Shown here: positions 1 to 9,450 of the stretch, piece after piece
Layout of the letters: each line of letters begins with the position of its first letter
Numbering within the stretch: the first letter of the stretch is position 1
NCBI GenBank assembly: GCA_046759445.1
Contig: JBHICG010000027.1
Location: 1-40,309 of the forward strand
Direction of reading: 5' to 3'
DNA length: 40,309 nucleotides
DNA from: Candidatus Scalinduaceae bacterium
GTDB lineage: Bacteria > Planctomycetota > Brocadiia > Brocadiales > Scalinduaceae
The notes under the pieces: generated by a model
The model's input: only the letters and a program-made list of their open reading frames with translations
Told to the model about the DNA's origin: nothing
Databases searched by the model: none
Position numbers and translations under genes: made by a program

Positions 1-950
1 TTTATTATGTCTATAGTTGCCTTTTCCACAGCCACTGGATCTTTGGAAACAACAATGCCTATATCAGGGATATCTGGCTCAAAGGGTTTATCCATACAAT
101 CGCAATGTTTGGTTATGTGTGTGAGGAAATTAAAGAATGCAACTTTATGTTTTTTTTCTTTTAAAATGGCAAGGCAGTATTCTGCAATCTTTTTTTGTAA
201 ATTTATTGTATCCTCATCCCATGCGATCTTAACGGCATCAAATTGGCAGACAGCAAGGCATTCGCCACAACCAATACATTTCTCTGGATTGATTACGGCA
301 GTATCTTTCCCCATAGTTATAGCGTCCACAGGGCACCAAATCTCACAGACCTTGCATATTTTACAATGTTTCTTGATGATTTGAGGTATCACGCCGGAGT
401 GTTGAGCTAACTTGCCACCTCTAGCGGATAACCCCATACCAATATTTTTGAATGTGGTACCCATACCCGTTGCCAGATGCCCTGTAACATGGGCAATCGA
501 GATTATGGCATTTGCAGCCTTTGCCACACCTGCAATATAAGCATTCTTACATAGCTTTTGGTTAATTTTAACAATGTAATCATTTTCTCCAAATAGACCA
601 TCCCCAATAATAATAGGTGCCCCCGTATTTTCTATAGTAAAACCATGCTCATAAGCAAGCATTAAGTGGTCTATTGCATTAGAACGTTTTCCTACATACA
701 AAGTATTTGTCTCGACTAGAAAGGGCTTTCCGCCACTTAATTTTACCTTATCCACGGCTGCTTTTATTATGGGAGGTTTAATGTACCCAATATTCCCCTT
801 TTCCCCAAAACTGGTCTTTACGGCAACCATATCGCCTCTTTTAATGATTTTTTTTAGTCCCGCAGCATCGTAGAGGTGTTTAAGCTTTTCGGCTAGTGAG
901 TGAAGTGATTCACCATTCCTGGTTTCAATGAAAAATACCTTACTCTTCAT
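1..950 (-). CDS. DUF362-family protein with two 4Fe-4S ferredoxin motifs (3' end outside window)
   Basis: Not in the ORF track; translated by hand from ATG 950: MKSKVFFIETRNG...VAVKTSFGEKGN...KPFLVETNTLYVGKRSNA...KNIGMG...CKICKVCEIWCP...CIGCGECLAVCQ...CDC. The frame stays open to the window edge. Confidence 0.9.
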   Translation of the reverse strand, partial: MKSKVFFIETRNGESLHSLAEKLKHLYDAAGLKKIIKRGDMVAVKTSFGEKGNIGYIKPPIIKAAVDKVKLSGGKPFLVETNTLYVGKRSNAIDHLMLAYEHGFTIENTGAPIIIGDGLFGENDYIVKINQKLCKNAYIAGVAKAANAIISIAHVTGHLATGMGTTFKNIGMGLSARGGKLAQHSGVIPQIIKKHCKICKVCEIWCPVDAITMGKDTAVINPEKCIGCGECLAVCQFDAVKIAWDEDTINLQKKIAEYCLAILKEKKHKVAFFNFLTHITKHCDCMDKPFEPDIPDIGIVVSKDPVAVEKATIDII

Positions 951-1054
951 GGGTATTTTAAGCCTTGTTTAATGCTAGGGAATGTTAAGCTCAAATTTTG
1001 TCTGAAATTATATCATTGCACTATTTGTTTGTTAAGTACAAATTCCAAATTTGC

Positions 1055-1084
1055 TTGACATGATAAATGTTTATGGATTAAAAT
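1055..1084 (+). promoter_or_regulatory. Putative sigma70 promoter of mfd (TTGACA-N18-TAAAAT)
   Basis: Perfect -35 hexamer at 1055-1060 and TAAAAT at 1079-1084, 30 nt before the mfd ATG. Confidence 0.55.
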
Positions 1085-1114
1085 TATTAAGTATATTTAT
1101 GTGTATAAGTTATT

Positions 1115-4100
1115 ATGAAAAAATTGCTTAAGTTAATTCAGAAAAAGCAAAAGTACGGACGAATAATAGATGATTTGCTTTCGGGAAAGGAGTGTCATAT
1201 TCATGGATTATGGGGTTCGTCATCCGCCTTTTTAATTGCCAGTTTGGCGAGCAACAAATCTCTTTCGAGGAAAGGTGAGATACTTTTCGTAACCCCAACT
1301 ATAGAAGATGCAGAAGAAGTCTTTGAGGACATAAACATCTTCCTTTCCGGGGATGCCATCCTTTTTCCCGTCTCAGAAGATGCGTTTCTGGCTGAATCTC
1401 AACTTGATAATCAAGCTCATGTACAGCAGCTTAATATTTTACACAAGCTGCTAAATAACAAAGATAGTAGTAAATCTGCCACCCGAATTGTTGTAGCGCC
1501 TATCCAGGCGCTTTTGCAGAGGGTTCCTTTACCTGAAGCGGTAGAGAAGAACATACTTAAAATTAAAATTGGACAGAGATGTAAGCAGGAGTTTCTTCTT
1601 AATTGGCTAATAGAAGGCGGGTTGGAGCGGACAAGTATGGTTGAACTGCCTGGAGAGTTTAGTTTAAGGGGTGGTATTATAGACATCTTCACCTATTCTT
1701 CTGAAATGCCATACCGTATTGAGTTTTTTGGCGATGAAGTTGATTCTATTCGTATGTTTAATGTAGACACACAGATATCGGAAAATAAGGTAAATGAATG
1801 CCAGATACTTGTCCCATGTAATACTATTTTACACAGGGGGCTTGGTGTACAAACTAAATCAATAAATAAATCTAAAGAGGTTTTTGGTTTACTCCTCGAT
1901 TATGTTCCTAAGGGCTCCTGGGTTGTTTTTAAAGAATTTGAAAAGATAAAAAACAAGGCAAACAGCATTATTGCTAATTTGAAACTCCCTATAAAAACAC
2001 ATTCTTTTAATCATGTAATGAAATCTTGTGAAGGTTTTACAAAGTTTTATCTTTCTAATTTAACATTTGAACGTGAAAAGACGTATTCATTTAATATAAA
2101 GGCCTCAGATCTTTTTGATAATGATGTTAATAAATCTATTAAGAAAATTGAGGGAATAAGCCTTTCGCAAAAACGTACAATAATCTTTTGTAGTAACCAG
2201 GCTGAGGAACAAAGGCTTAAAGAGCTTTTATCAAGCTTTAATTCTCAGGAGGGAAGAACTAACAATCTGGCGTCTTTTGGTCATATAGAATTTCAACTCG
2301 GACATCTTAACCATGGTTTTATATTTGAAGACATCTCTACAGCATTTCTTACTCATCATGAGATATTCAGTCGTTACCGATTGAGAAGAGAACCCAAGAA
2401 ATCAATACATACAAGGGCTATTGATTCTTTCCTTGATTTAGAAAAGGGTGACTATGTTGTACACGCTAGCTATGGAATAGCAAGGTTCCTGGGCATGCAA
2501 ATGCTTTCTGATGATAATGATTCTGGTAGGCAGGGTGAATTCCTTGTGCTCGAGTTTGATAGAGGTGCGAAGGTTTATGTACCTGTTTCAAAGATTGAGT
2601 TGGTACAAAAATACATATGTGGTTCTGACCGTAAGCCAAGTTTGAGTAAGATAGGCAAACAGACATGGGAAAAAAAGAAGCAAATAGTAGAAGAGGCCGT
2701 TCGAGATATAGCTAGTGAGCTTCTCTCCATGCATGCAATTAGATGGGACAAACAAGGTATTACTTACACAAAAGACTCAGAATGGCAGGGAAAATTTGAA
2801 TCAGAATTCATTTATCAGGAGACTGAAGATCAACTTCAGGTGATGGATGAGATTAAAAAAGATATGGAATCATCAAGGCCAATGGATAGGCTTATTTGTG
2901 GGGATGTGGGGTACGGGAAGACCGAGATAGCAATACGGGCGGCATTTAAGGTGGTAATATACGGAAAACAGGTAGCTGTACTTGTGCCAACAACAATTCT
3001 AGCACAACAGCATTATAGGACTTTTTCTGAGCGTATGGCGGATTATCCCATTAACATTGATGTGTTGAGCAGATTTAAGACCCGAAAGGAACAAAGGGAA
3101 ATACTGGATAATTTAAAAGAGGGGAAGATAGATATTATTATTGGAACACATAGATTGGTTCAGAAGGATATTATTTTCAATGATATTGGTCTGGTCGTTG
3201 TCGATGAAGAACAAAGATTTGGTGTCGAACATAAAGAGAAACTAAAGAGACTTAGAGAAACAGTTGATGTCCTTACGCTAACGGCAACACCAATTCCACG
3301 GACTTTGCACATGTCCCTTTTAGGCATAAAAGACATTTCCTCACTAAACACTCCACCACAAGAGAGGCAGTCCATACAAACTAGATTATTACGTTTCGAT
3401 GCTGACATAATAAAGAATGCGATAATTTATGAACTTAATCGTGATGGGCAGATTTATTTTGTGCACAATCGTGTAAAAGACATAAACCGTATTGCGGATA
3501 GTATCGCGAAGTTGGTTCCTGAGGCAAAAATTACTGTAGCTCATGGGCAAATGCCGGAAGGGATTCTGGAAAGAAAAATGACTGATTTTGTAAATGGGAA
3601 ATCAGATATTCTTGTTTCGACAACCATAATAGAATCGGGTCTTGATATCCCAAACGTAAATACTATATTTATTAATCAAGCAGACAACTTTGGTTTAGCT
3701 GATTTGCACCAGTTGCGTGGTAGGGTGGGTCGTTATAAACATCGTGCATATACGTATCTTTTATTGCCAAAGGATAGACCGATTACTCCAGAGGCTGAAA
3801 AGAGACTGAAGGCTATCTTAGACTTTTCAGAACTTGGAGCTGGCTTTAAGATAGCAATGAGAGATCTTGAGATTAGAGGAACAGGAAATATTATAGGTAT
3901 AGAACAACACGGACATATTGAAGTGGTTGGCTATGAAATGTTTTGTAGATTACTTGAAGTTGCAATTCGTAAGGCAAAGAACGAGCCTATTCCAGTTTAC
4001 AAAGACGTTAACATAAGATTGAATTTAGAATCGTATTTGCCTGAAGATTATATTCATGATATAAGAATAAAGATGGAAATATACAGGAAGATAAATCGTC

Positions 4101-4432
4101 TATCTTCGAATCATGAGGTAAGGGAGATGAAAAAAGAACTTATCGACAGATTCGGCCCAATACCTCGTACTGTAAAAAACCTTTTAGTTGAGAGCGAAAT
4201 CCGAATAGCAGCTCAGGCTTCTAATGTACGTTCCCTTGTAAGAGTAAATGGTAGTATTATATTTCATATTGAAAATCTAAAGGATGCAGAACGGCTTTTC
4301 AAGAATGTAAAAAAACACGTAAAAGTAGTGGATAGTAATGAGTTGCATCTTATTTTACCCAGGAAGAGAATGATACCCGAAGATTCTGTAAAATTCCTAA
4401 GAAATATGTTAAACTCAAATCAAAAATTTTAG
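1115..4432 (+). CDS. mfd: Transcription-repair coupling factor
   Basis: UvrB-like N-terminus (GEFSLRGGIIDIF), CarD/RID region (GDYVVHASYGIARF), SF2 motifs GDVGYGKTE, DEEQRFG, TATPIPRT and QLRGRVGR, and a TRCF C-terminal domain. Confidence 0.98.
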   Translation: MKKLLKLIQKKQKYGRIIDDLLSGKECHIHGLWGSSSAFLIASLASNKSLSRKGEILFVTPTIEDAEEVFEDINIFLSGDAILFPVSEDAFLAESQLDNQAHVQQLNILHKLLNNKDSSKSATRIVVAPIQALLQRVPLPEAVEKNILKIKIGQRCKQEFLLNWLIEGGLERTSMVELPGEFSLRGGIIDIFTYSSEMPYRIEFFGDEVDSIRMFNVDTQISENKVNECQILVPCNTILHRGLGVQTKSINKSKEVFGLLLDYVPKGSWVVFKEFEKIKNKANSIIANLKLPIKTHSFNHVMKSCEGFTKFYLSNLTFEREKTYSFNIKASDLFDNDVNKSIKKIEGISLSQKRTIIFCSNQAEEQRLKELLSSFNSQEGRTNNLASFGHIEFQLGHLNHGFIFEDISTAFLTHHEIFSRYRLRREPKKSIHTRAIDSFLDLEKGDYVVHASYGIARFLGMQMLSDDNDSGRQGEFLVLEFDRGAKVYVPVSKIELVQKYICGSDRKPSLSKIGKQTWEKKKQIVEEAVRDIASELLSMHAIRWDKQGITYTKDSEWQGKFESEFIYQETEDQLQVMDEIKKDMESSRPMDRLICGDVGYGKTEIAIRAAFKVVIYGKQVAVLVPTTILAQQHYRTFSERMADYPINIDVLSRFKTRKEQREILDNLKEGKIDIIIGTHRLVQKDIIFNDIGLVVVDEEQRFGVEHKEKLKRLRETVDVLTLTATPIPRTLHMSLLGIKDISSLNTPPQERQSIQTRLLRFDADIIKNAIIYELNRDGQIYFVHNRVKDINRIADSIAKLVPEAKITVAHGQMPEGILERKMTDFVNGKSDILVSTTIIESGLDIPNVNTIFINQADNFGLADLHQLRGRVGRYKHRAYTYLLLPKDRPITPEAEKRLKAILDFSELGAGFKIAMRDLEIRGTGNIIGIEQHGHIEVVGYEMFCRLLEVAIRKAKNEPIPVYKDVNIRLNLESYLPEDYIHDIRIKMEIYRKINRLSSNHEVREMKKELIDRFGPIPRTVKNLLVESEIRIAAQASNVRSLVRVNGSIIFHIENLKDAERLFKNVKKHVKVVDSNELHLILPRKRMIPEDSVKFLRNMLNSNQKF

Positions 4433-4447
4433 GGGGAGGAGATATAC

Positions 4448-5422
4448 TTGAAATTTCAAAGATTAATTTTCATTATTTCCATTTTACAGTTGTTTTATTC
4501 TTGTCACATAAGAGCTGACAACTTGAATGCGATAAGGGTTATCGTAAATGGCGAGATAATTACAGAATTTGATATACGAAAACGTGTAGCTGAGGCCCTT
4601 AGGATGGCTGAAGAAAAATACTCAGAAATGGAACTGCAACAAAAAGAGAGTGAAATAATCTCGAATGCCGTTGATGAATTAATTGATAGAAAATTACTTG
4701 TGCAGGAATCAAAGAAATTATTACTTTCAAAACCGGAAAAGACAGAGGAAATTGAAAAGAAACTTGATTCATTTGTAAAAGGCGCTGTAGAAGAAGTGGG
4801 TTCTCTTTACAAGTTTTATGAGTTAGCAAATAAGCAGGGAATTAACCCCCTCAAAAAAAGAATGGAATTAAAGGAAGATTTGATGATTGATGAAATATTG
4901 CGCGAGAATGTTTATAAAAAAGTAATAGTGATACCAAAAGAAATCAGACGCTATTATAAGGAGCATATTGATGAATTCTCAAAGGAAGATAAATTAAGCT
5001 TCAGGCAAATACTGATAAAGTTTTCTAGATATAAGAAAAAAGAAGAAGCAATGTTAATGGCAGAAAAGATATTAAATAAAATAAAAAATGGAGAAGAATT
5101 TCAGGTCTTAGCAAAAGAATACTCGCAAGGTCCACATTCTAATAACGGAGGCTTGTGGAAATTCGATGAAGTAAAGGATTTCAGGAAAGACCTTGTTGCT
5201 AATATTTCTAATCTAAAGAAAGGCGAAAGAAGTCAAATAATAGAGACCACTATAGGCTATCACATCTTTAAGGTAGAAGAAATAATTCCAGCCCAAACCT
5301 TATCCTTTCAGCAGGCACAAGATGAAATAGACAAAATACTCTTTCGAGAAAAATTCCTTAAAGAGAAAAGGACATATTTACAAACACTGAGACAGAATGT
5401 TGTAATTAAGAGATATTATTAA
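4448..5422 (+). CDS. SurA/PrsA-like parvulin-type peptidyl-prolyl isomerase
   Basis: Signal peptide, SurA N-domain (VNGEIIT), rotamase motifs FQVLAKEYSQGP..NGGLW and ETTIGYHIFKV. TTG start with a GGGGGAGG RBS; usual position after mfd. Confidence 0.88.
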   Translation: MKFQRLIFIISILQLFYSCHIRADNLNAIRVIVNGEIITEFDIRKRVAEALRMAEEKYSEMELQQKESEIISNAVDELIDRKLLVQESKKLLLSKPEKTEEIEKKLDSFVKGAVEEVGSLYKFYELANKQGINPLKKRMELKEDLMIDEILRENVYKKVIVIPKEIRRYYKEHIDEFSKEDKLSFRQILIKFSRYKKKEEAMLMAEKILNKIKNGEEFQVLAKEYSQGPHSNNGGLWKFDEVKDFRKDLVANISNLKKGERSQIIETTIGYHIFKVEEIIPAQTLSFQQAQDEIDKILFREKFLKEKRTYLQTLRQNVVIKRYY

Positions 5423-5841
5423 ATAATATCTTACTTCTGATGTATAAATAGAGATCTATTTAGGGCTTTTGATTTAAAGGCGTAAGACTATATCTTTCGG
5501 GACATCTATCTTTCTATTCCTCATTACGTGTGTAATATTCTGAAGAAATGTAAACTTTAGTTTTTAGTATGCATAATATCACCTCTTAAACAGTTTTTTT
5601 CTCCTAAATTTTTTAACCATTTCCTTTTGGATTGTTTGCTTCGATATTTCTTTTGAATCATTGCAACATATAAAGCAAATATTTCTCTTTCCTGTCTTTT
5701 TCTACTCATTATTTACACCTTAAAAACTTCTGAGTTTCCAACGATTAGTATTATTTCGTCAAATTTCATTGTATATCAAAATTTATATGAAAATTAACAT
5801 TAGTATATTTCCCAAATTAAAAGGGATTGTTTTATAAATAT

Positions 5842-5874
5842 TGCACCAGATTTACGTCTTGTAGTGATTAATAT
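5842..5874 (+). promoter_or_regulatory. Conserved bipartite motif, copy 1 (TGCACCA-N15-GTGATTAATAT), putative alternative-sigma promoter
   Basis: Recurs with an identical 15-nt spacer elsewhere in the window; lies upstream of ORF 6019. Confidence 0.7.
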
Positions 5875-6018
5875 AAATAGAGAATTAGACGAGAAAATAG
5901 ATAAGAAATTGCTGTCCGGAATGCTTTAAAGAGGCTTTTTTTATCTTTATAGAAATGTAGTTTAGTTAATGAAATATAATAATTTTTTTTAATTTTCTCT
6001 GCAATCCGTAATTGGGAT

Positions 6019-7020
6019 ATGAGGATGAAGGTAAAAAATATTTCTAAAATTAGTGGGCTGGGTTTTCTTTTTATAATGATAAGCACGGCTAATATGTCAT
6101 TTACGATCGGTGATGAAATAACGTATAGTTTTTCAAAACCTGGTTATAAACCCGTGCCAGACACATGCCCTTATATCGAAGGTGGAGGAGAACTAAACGA
6201 CAATTTCCTGTATAAGAAATGGTGCGAGGAAACATTTGATAATGGAAATTATATATACGAAGCATACAAAAATATAGCTTTTAATATCAAATATGCTCCA
6301 GAGCCACCCAAGACAGATTCCTGGCAAACACCCTTAGAGACTGCCAGGCTAAAGAGGGGTGATTGTGAGGACGTGGTATTACATTTCTTCTCACAACTTC
6401 CCCCAAAACAGACAAATGCCGTAATCATATGGGGATGGGTAATAGACAGGAGAAGTGGTGTTGGGATGGCACATGTATGGTATCAACTAACAGATAAAAC
6501 AGGGCAAAGATATGTGGTAGAAGGCTTTTCTAAAGACTGGAACGGAATAATTCCAATGGAGATTGTGCAATATACCGAAATAAGAAAGCCCATACTTAGA
6601 ATCTCACACTGCATGGTTAATAGGTTGTCCCATTTGTTTCCAGAAGTAGAAGACTGGCAGATGTGCCAAACACTGGTAGATTTGTTTGCAACAACAAGAT
6701 TTATTACTCATGTTTCAGGTAGACGATTTTTTTCGCAGGATATAAGTATTCAACTTCATCTTTCTGCCTATGAGTTTATTGAATATCCTACGAGTGCACA
6801 ATACAGGTCCCGAGAATATACTCAGTTTCCAAACTATTCACCAAGACGCAAAATTGCTCCAAATGTAAATAAAAGAATTTCTAACATCTTAAAAAAGCTT
6901 CATGAAGTTTTTTCGAGATATGAAAACCAAAAAAGAGATGATAGATCAAATATACAAGTCTCTCATAAAAGTAACATGGAACTGATTTATTCTGAGAGAA
7001 ATCTTAAGTGTAGACGATAA
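6019..7020 (+). CDS. Exported transglutaminase-like cysteine peptidase domain protein
   Basis: N-terminal hydrophobic segment; WQTPLET...RGDCED, AHVW and YVVE match the Cys-His-acid arrangement of transglutaminase-like/BTLCP proteins. Confidence 0.7.
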   Translation: MRMKVKNISKISGLGFLFIMISTANMSFTIGDEITYSFSKPGYKPVPDTCPYIEGGGELNDNFLYKKWCEETFDNGNYIYEAYKNIAFNIKYAPEPPKTDSWQTPLETARLKRGDCEDVVLHFFSQLPPKQTNAVIIWGWVIDRRSGVGMAHVWYQLTDKTGQRYVVEGFSKDWNGIIPMEIVQYTEIRKPILRISHCMVNRLSHLFPEVEDWQMCQTLVDLFATTRFITHVSGRRFFSQDISIQLHLSAYEFIEYPTSAQYRSREYTQFPNYSPRRKIAPNVNKRISNILKKLHEVFSRYENQKRDDRSNIQVSHKSNMELIYSERNLKCRR

Positions 7021-7083
7021 AGGAAGTATTTATGTTTATCAGGAAGAAATTTAATGATTTAACAAAACGGAGAAAATATAAAA

Positions 7084-7260
7084 ATGCATAAACAAGGCGT
7101 TGCTTCCGATAAATATGCAAAATTTACCATAAAAGAACTTTTATCAATATTCAAAATGGAAGCACAGCGTATATGCAAAAAACCTGATGAGGCGCATTCT
7201 ATAGCAGAAAGTACCTTAAACGATTTTATCAAGAAGCATGGTAAATATGTACACATTTAA
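7084..7260 (+). CDS. Small hypothetical protein (58 aa), paralog of 31042-31230
   Basis: Absent from the ORF track. GGAGA upstream; MHKQGVASDKYAKFTIKELLSIFKMEAQRICKKPDEAHSIAESTLNDFIKKHGKYVHI aligns without gaps to the 31042-31230 product. Confidence 0.72.
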   Translation: MHKQGVASDKYAKFTIKELLSIFKMEAQRICKKPDEAHSIAESTLNDFIKKHGKYVHI

Positions 7261-7561
7261 AATATGATATTAAGAAATTATAAGATTAAGTTTTTTAAAA
7301 GGGGGTAAATTGTGAAAAAACAACTAGATTGTGAATACTATTACGATGATATTTATCCATCACTTCTAAAAAATAAGCCATCACTTTGTGAAAGATACTT
7401 ATTAAATATATGTTGGAGTTGGCTGAATTTGTGGTATAGGATTTGTCATCTGAAAAATACAAATTGAATAATGAGTCCTTAAAACAATTGTACGGGATAC
7501 TGTCGTTGGTTGCTGATTCCCATTCTATATGTCTTTTTGACACATATCTATCATCATCATT

Positions 7562-7778
7562 CATGACAATGCAGAAATATACAATTCACTAGGCGCGGTA
7601 TGTATAAAACTTGGATTTTTTGGAACTGATGATAACTCGAAAATATTAGAGTATTTTCCAAGAAGCTAGGGAATCGTTTCTAATCGACCCTAAGCATGCT
7701 GACGCCCACTTTAGTCTTGGTTTTATACACATGGCTTTTCAGGAAAAAGACTCTACTGTGCAGGAATATAACAGGTGA
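7562..7778 (+). pseudogene. Frameshifted TPR-protein remnant
   Basis: One frame reads NAEIYNSLGAVCIKLG; a shifted frame reads IDPKHADAHFSLGFIH...QEYNR*. Both are TPR-like and no start is evident. Confidence 0.5.
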
Positions 7779-7876
7779 TATAATTTAGAAAACTGGGAGT
7801 ATTGAAAGTTGCATGGTATGGGCGAATTGCGAAAAAAATAATCAAGTAATTCAAATAAACAAGTTACCAAGACGTG

Positions 7877-9406
7877 TCATTTCATATCTGTTACTGAACC
7901 AGACTGGTGCCACATTATGCCTGTTGCATGATCGATTACCGTTTTGTTGCCATTGATTGCTTTCGATTCATAAATGTGTTTTATTGTACTATAGCCATAA
8001 AACGTATTATAATCGCCTTCCGTTCTATATTTATCCGTTTTCTTGTAATTATTTGTCTTAGGTATTGTGAAATAGGGTAATAAAATTATTTCGGTTCCCA
8101 AAATTCTAGAGCTATATGAACGTAGTTTTACCAGTGATGGATTTGATTGTTCTGTTCTGGGTTGATGATGAATGGTTGTTGGCAGTTTTGTGGTAGATTC
8201 CTTACGGCTCTTCCAGTATTTCAGTCTTTCCTTTGCGTGACTGCGCATTGCCTCGTCTTCTTTACTGTGCGGGTTGTCAGCAGAATATGCAGCTATAAAT
8301 TCTTCCCACATCTGTACCTTTTCTGATGATTTTAGTATATCATTTTTATCTATGTCCTGGTTTTTGGAATACCTACTTGACATGTTTTCTTGCCACCCAT
8401 ACCATTCCTTTCTATTTTGTTCCCGTTCTTTGATAAGATTATCAAAATAATCATCTTCAACAATCTCCGGAGGTTGTGGAAGGAATTTGTGTAATGGTGT
8501 TTGATAATCTGGTTTATTTAGTTGAAAAACAAAATCACCTTTGTCCAAATTTGGATTACGTATTTTTCCATATTGTGGGTGTTGTGCCCCTTTTGTGTAA
8601 TTTGCTACTTTTGCTTGAAGAAACTCACCTAATTCAGTTCCAGTCACATAACCATCTTCATTTACATCTCCTTCTCCATTTAATGCGGTTACAAACTGTT
8701 GTCTAAAAATACTTTCATCTGGAACTTGTTCACCAGCACTCCCAGATGTGATAAATTGGCGTACAGGTTTATTAGTTTTGTAGGTAATATTCTCTGGTAC
8801 TGCACGTGAAAGTGCGAATATAGAGCCGGAAAAGCAACTATCAAATAAAAACAAAGCATGTTTGGATTGAATACGCATCGCATATACTTCAATCTGCTGC
8901 ATATTTATTGTCTTAGTTAAAAAGCCACCATACTCTCTATGAGGGTTGGGAGCATCGACAGGAATTATATATCCCATTTCTTCTCCATAAGATTGCTTTG
9001 CCGTATAGCCATGTCCCGCAAAATAGAACAAAAGTCTGTTTTCTGGTTTAAAACCGTATTCATTGATAAAATCAGTAAATGCATTGTATAATTGATCGTG
9101 GTCAGGATCATACACTATAACGACGTGAAAACCATGTTTTTCCAAAATTGAGCGGACCAGCCGGACATCTTCCTGTACACCTTTCAGTTTAGGCCAACCT
9201 TTTGTGTAATTACTTGATCCTATTATGAGCGCGTGACTCTCCTTATACAGCCCCACTTGTTGGTCTGTACTGTCTCTAATTGGAACGATGTCTAAACCCC
9301 GTTCGGCAAATAGTGTAGGTGAGAAAAAGAGATAACTTAATAGAATGGGTAATAGTAGATATTTTTTTCCCAAATCCATGACAATTTCCCAGTATTTATG
9401 CAACAA
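7877..9406 (-). CDS. Exported caspase-family (peptidase C14) protein ending in a truncated DUF1566/Lcl-like domain
   Basis: Signal peptide (start may be ATG 9379), ALIIG.SNY, YFAGHG and FDSCFSG dyad motifs, QHPQY. C-terminus NGNKTVIDHATGIMWHQSGS is followed by an early stop. Confidence 0.88.
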   Translation of the reverse strand: MLHKYWEIVMDLGKKYLLLPILLSYLFFSPTLFAERGLDIVPIRDSTDQQVGLYKESHALIIGSSNYTKGWPKLKGVQEDVRLVRSILEKHGFHVVIVYDPDHDQLYNAFTDFINEYGFKPENRLLFYFAGHGYTAKQSYGEEMGYIIPVDAPNPHREYGGFLTKTINMQQIEVYAMRIQSKHALFLFDSCFSGSIFALSRAVPENITYKTNKPVRQFITSGSAGEQVPDESIFRQQFVTALNGEGDVNEDGYVTGTELGEFLQAKVANYTKGAQHPQYGKIRNPNLDKGDFVFQLNKPDYQTPLHKFLPQPPEIVEDDYFDNLIKEREQNRKEWYGWQENMSSRYSKNQDIDKNDILKSSEKVQMWEEFIAAYSADNPHSKEDEAMRSHAKERLKYWKSRKESTTKLPTTIHHQPRTEQSNPSLVKLRSYSSRILGTEIILLPYFTIPKTNNYKKTDKYRTEGDYNTFYGYSTIKHIYESKAINGNKTVIDHATGIMWHQSGSVTDMK

Positions 9407-9450
9407 TTCTTAAATAAAAATTGTTGCATTACCCAATATTTGGTATCAAT

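Noticed and set aside
7..384. 125-aa plus-strand ORF
   Set aside because: Antisense shadow of the DUF362/4Fe-4S gene on the minus strand.
7059..7564. Minus-strand ORFs 7059-7256 and 7295-7564
   Set aside because: The first is antisense to the better supported 58-aa gene; the second has no recognisable features or clear RBS.
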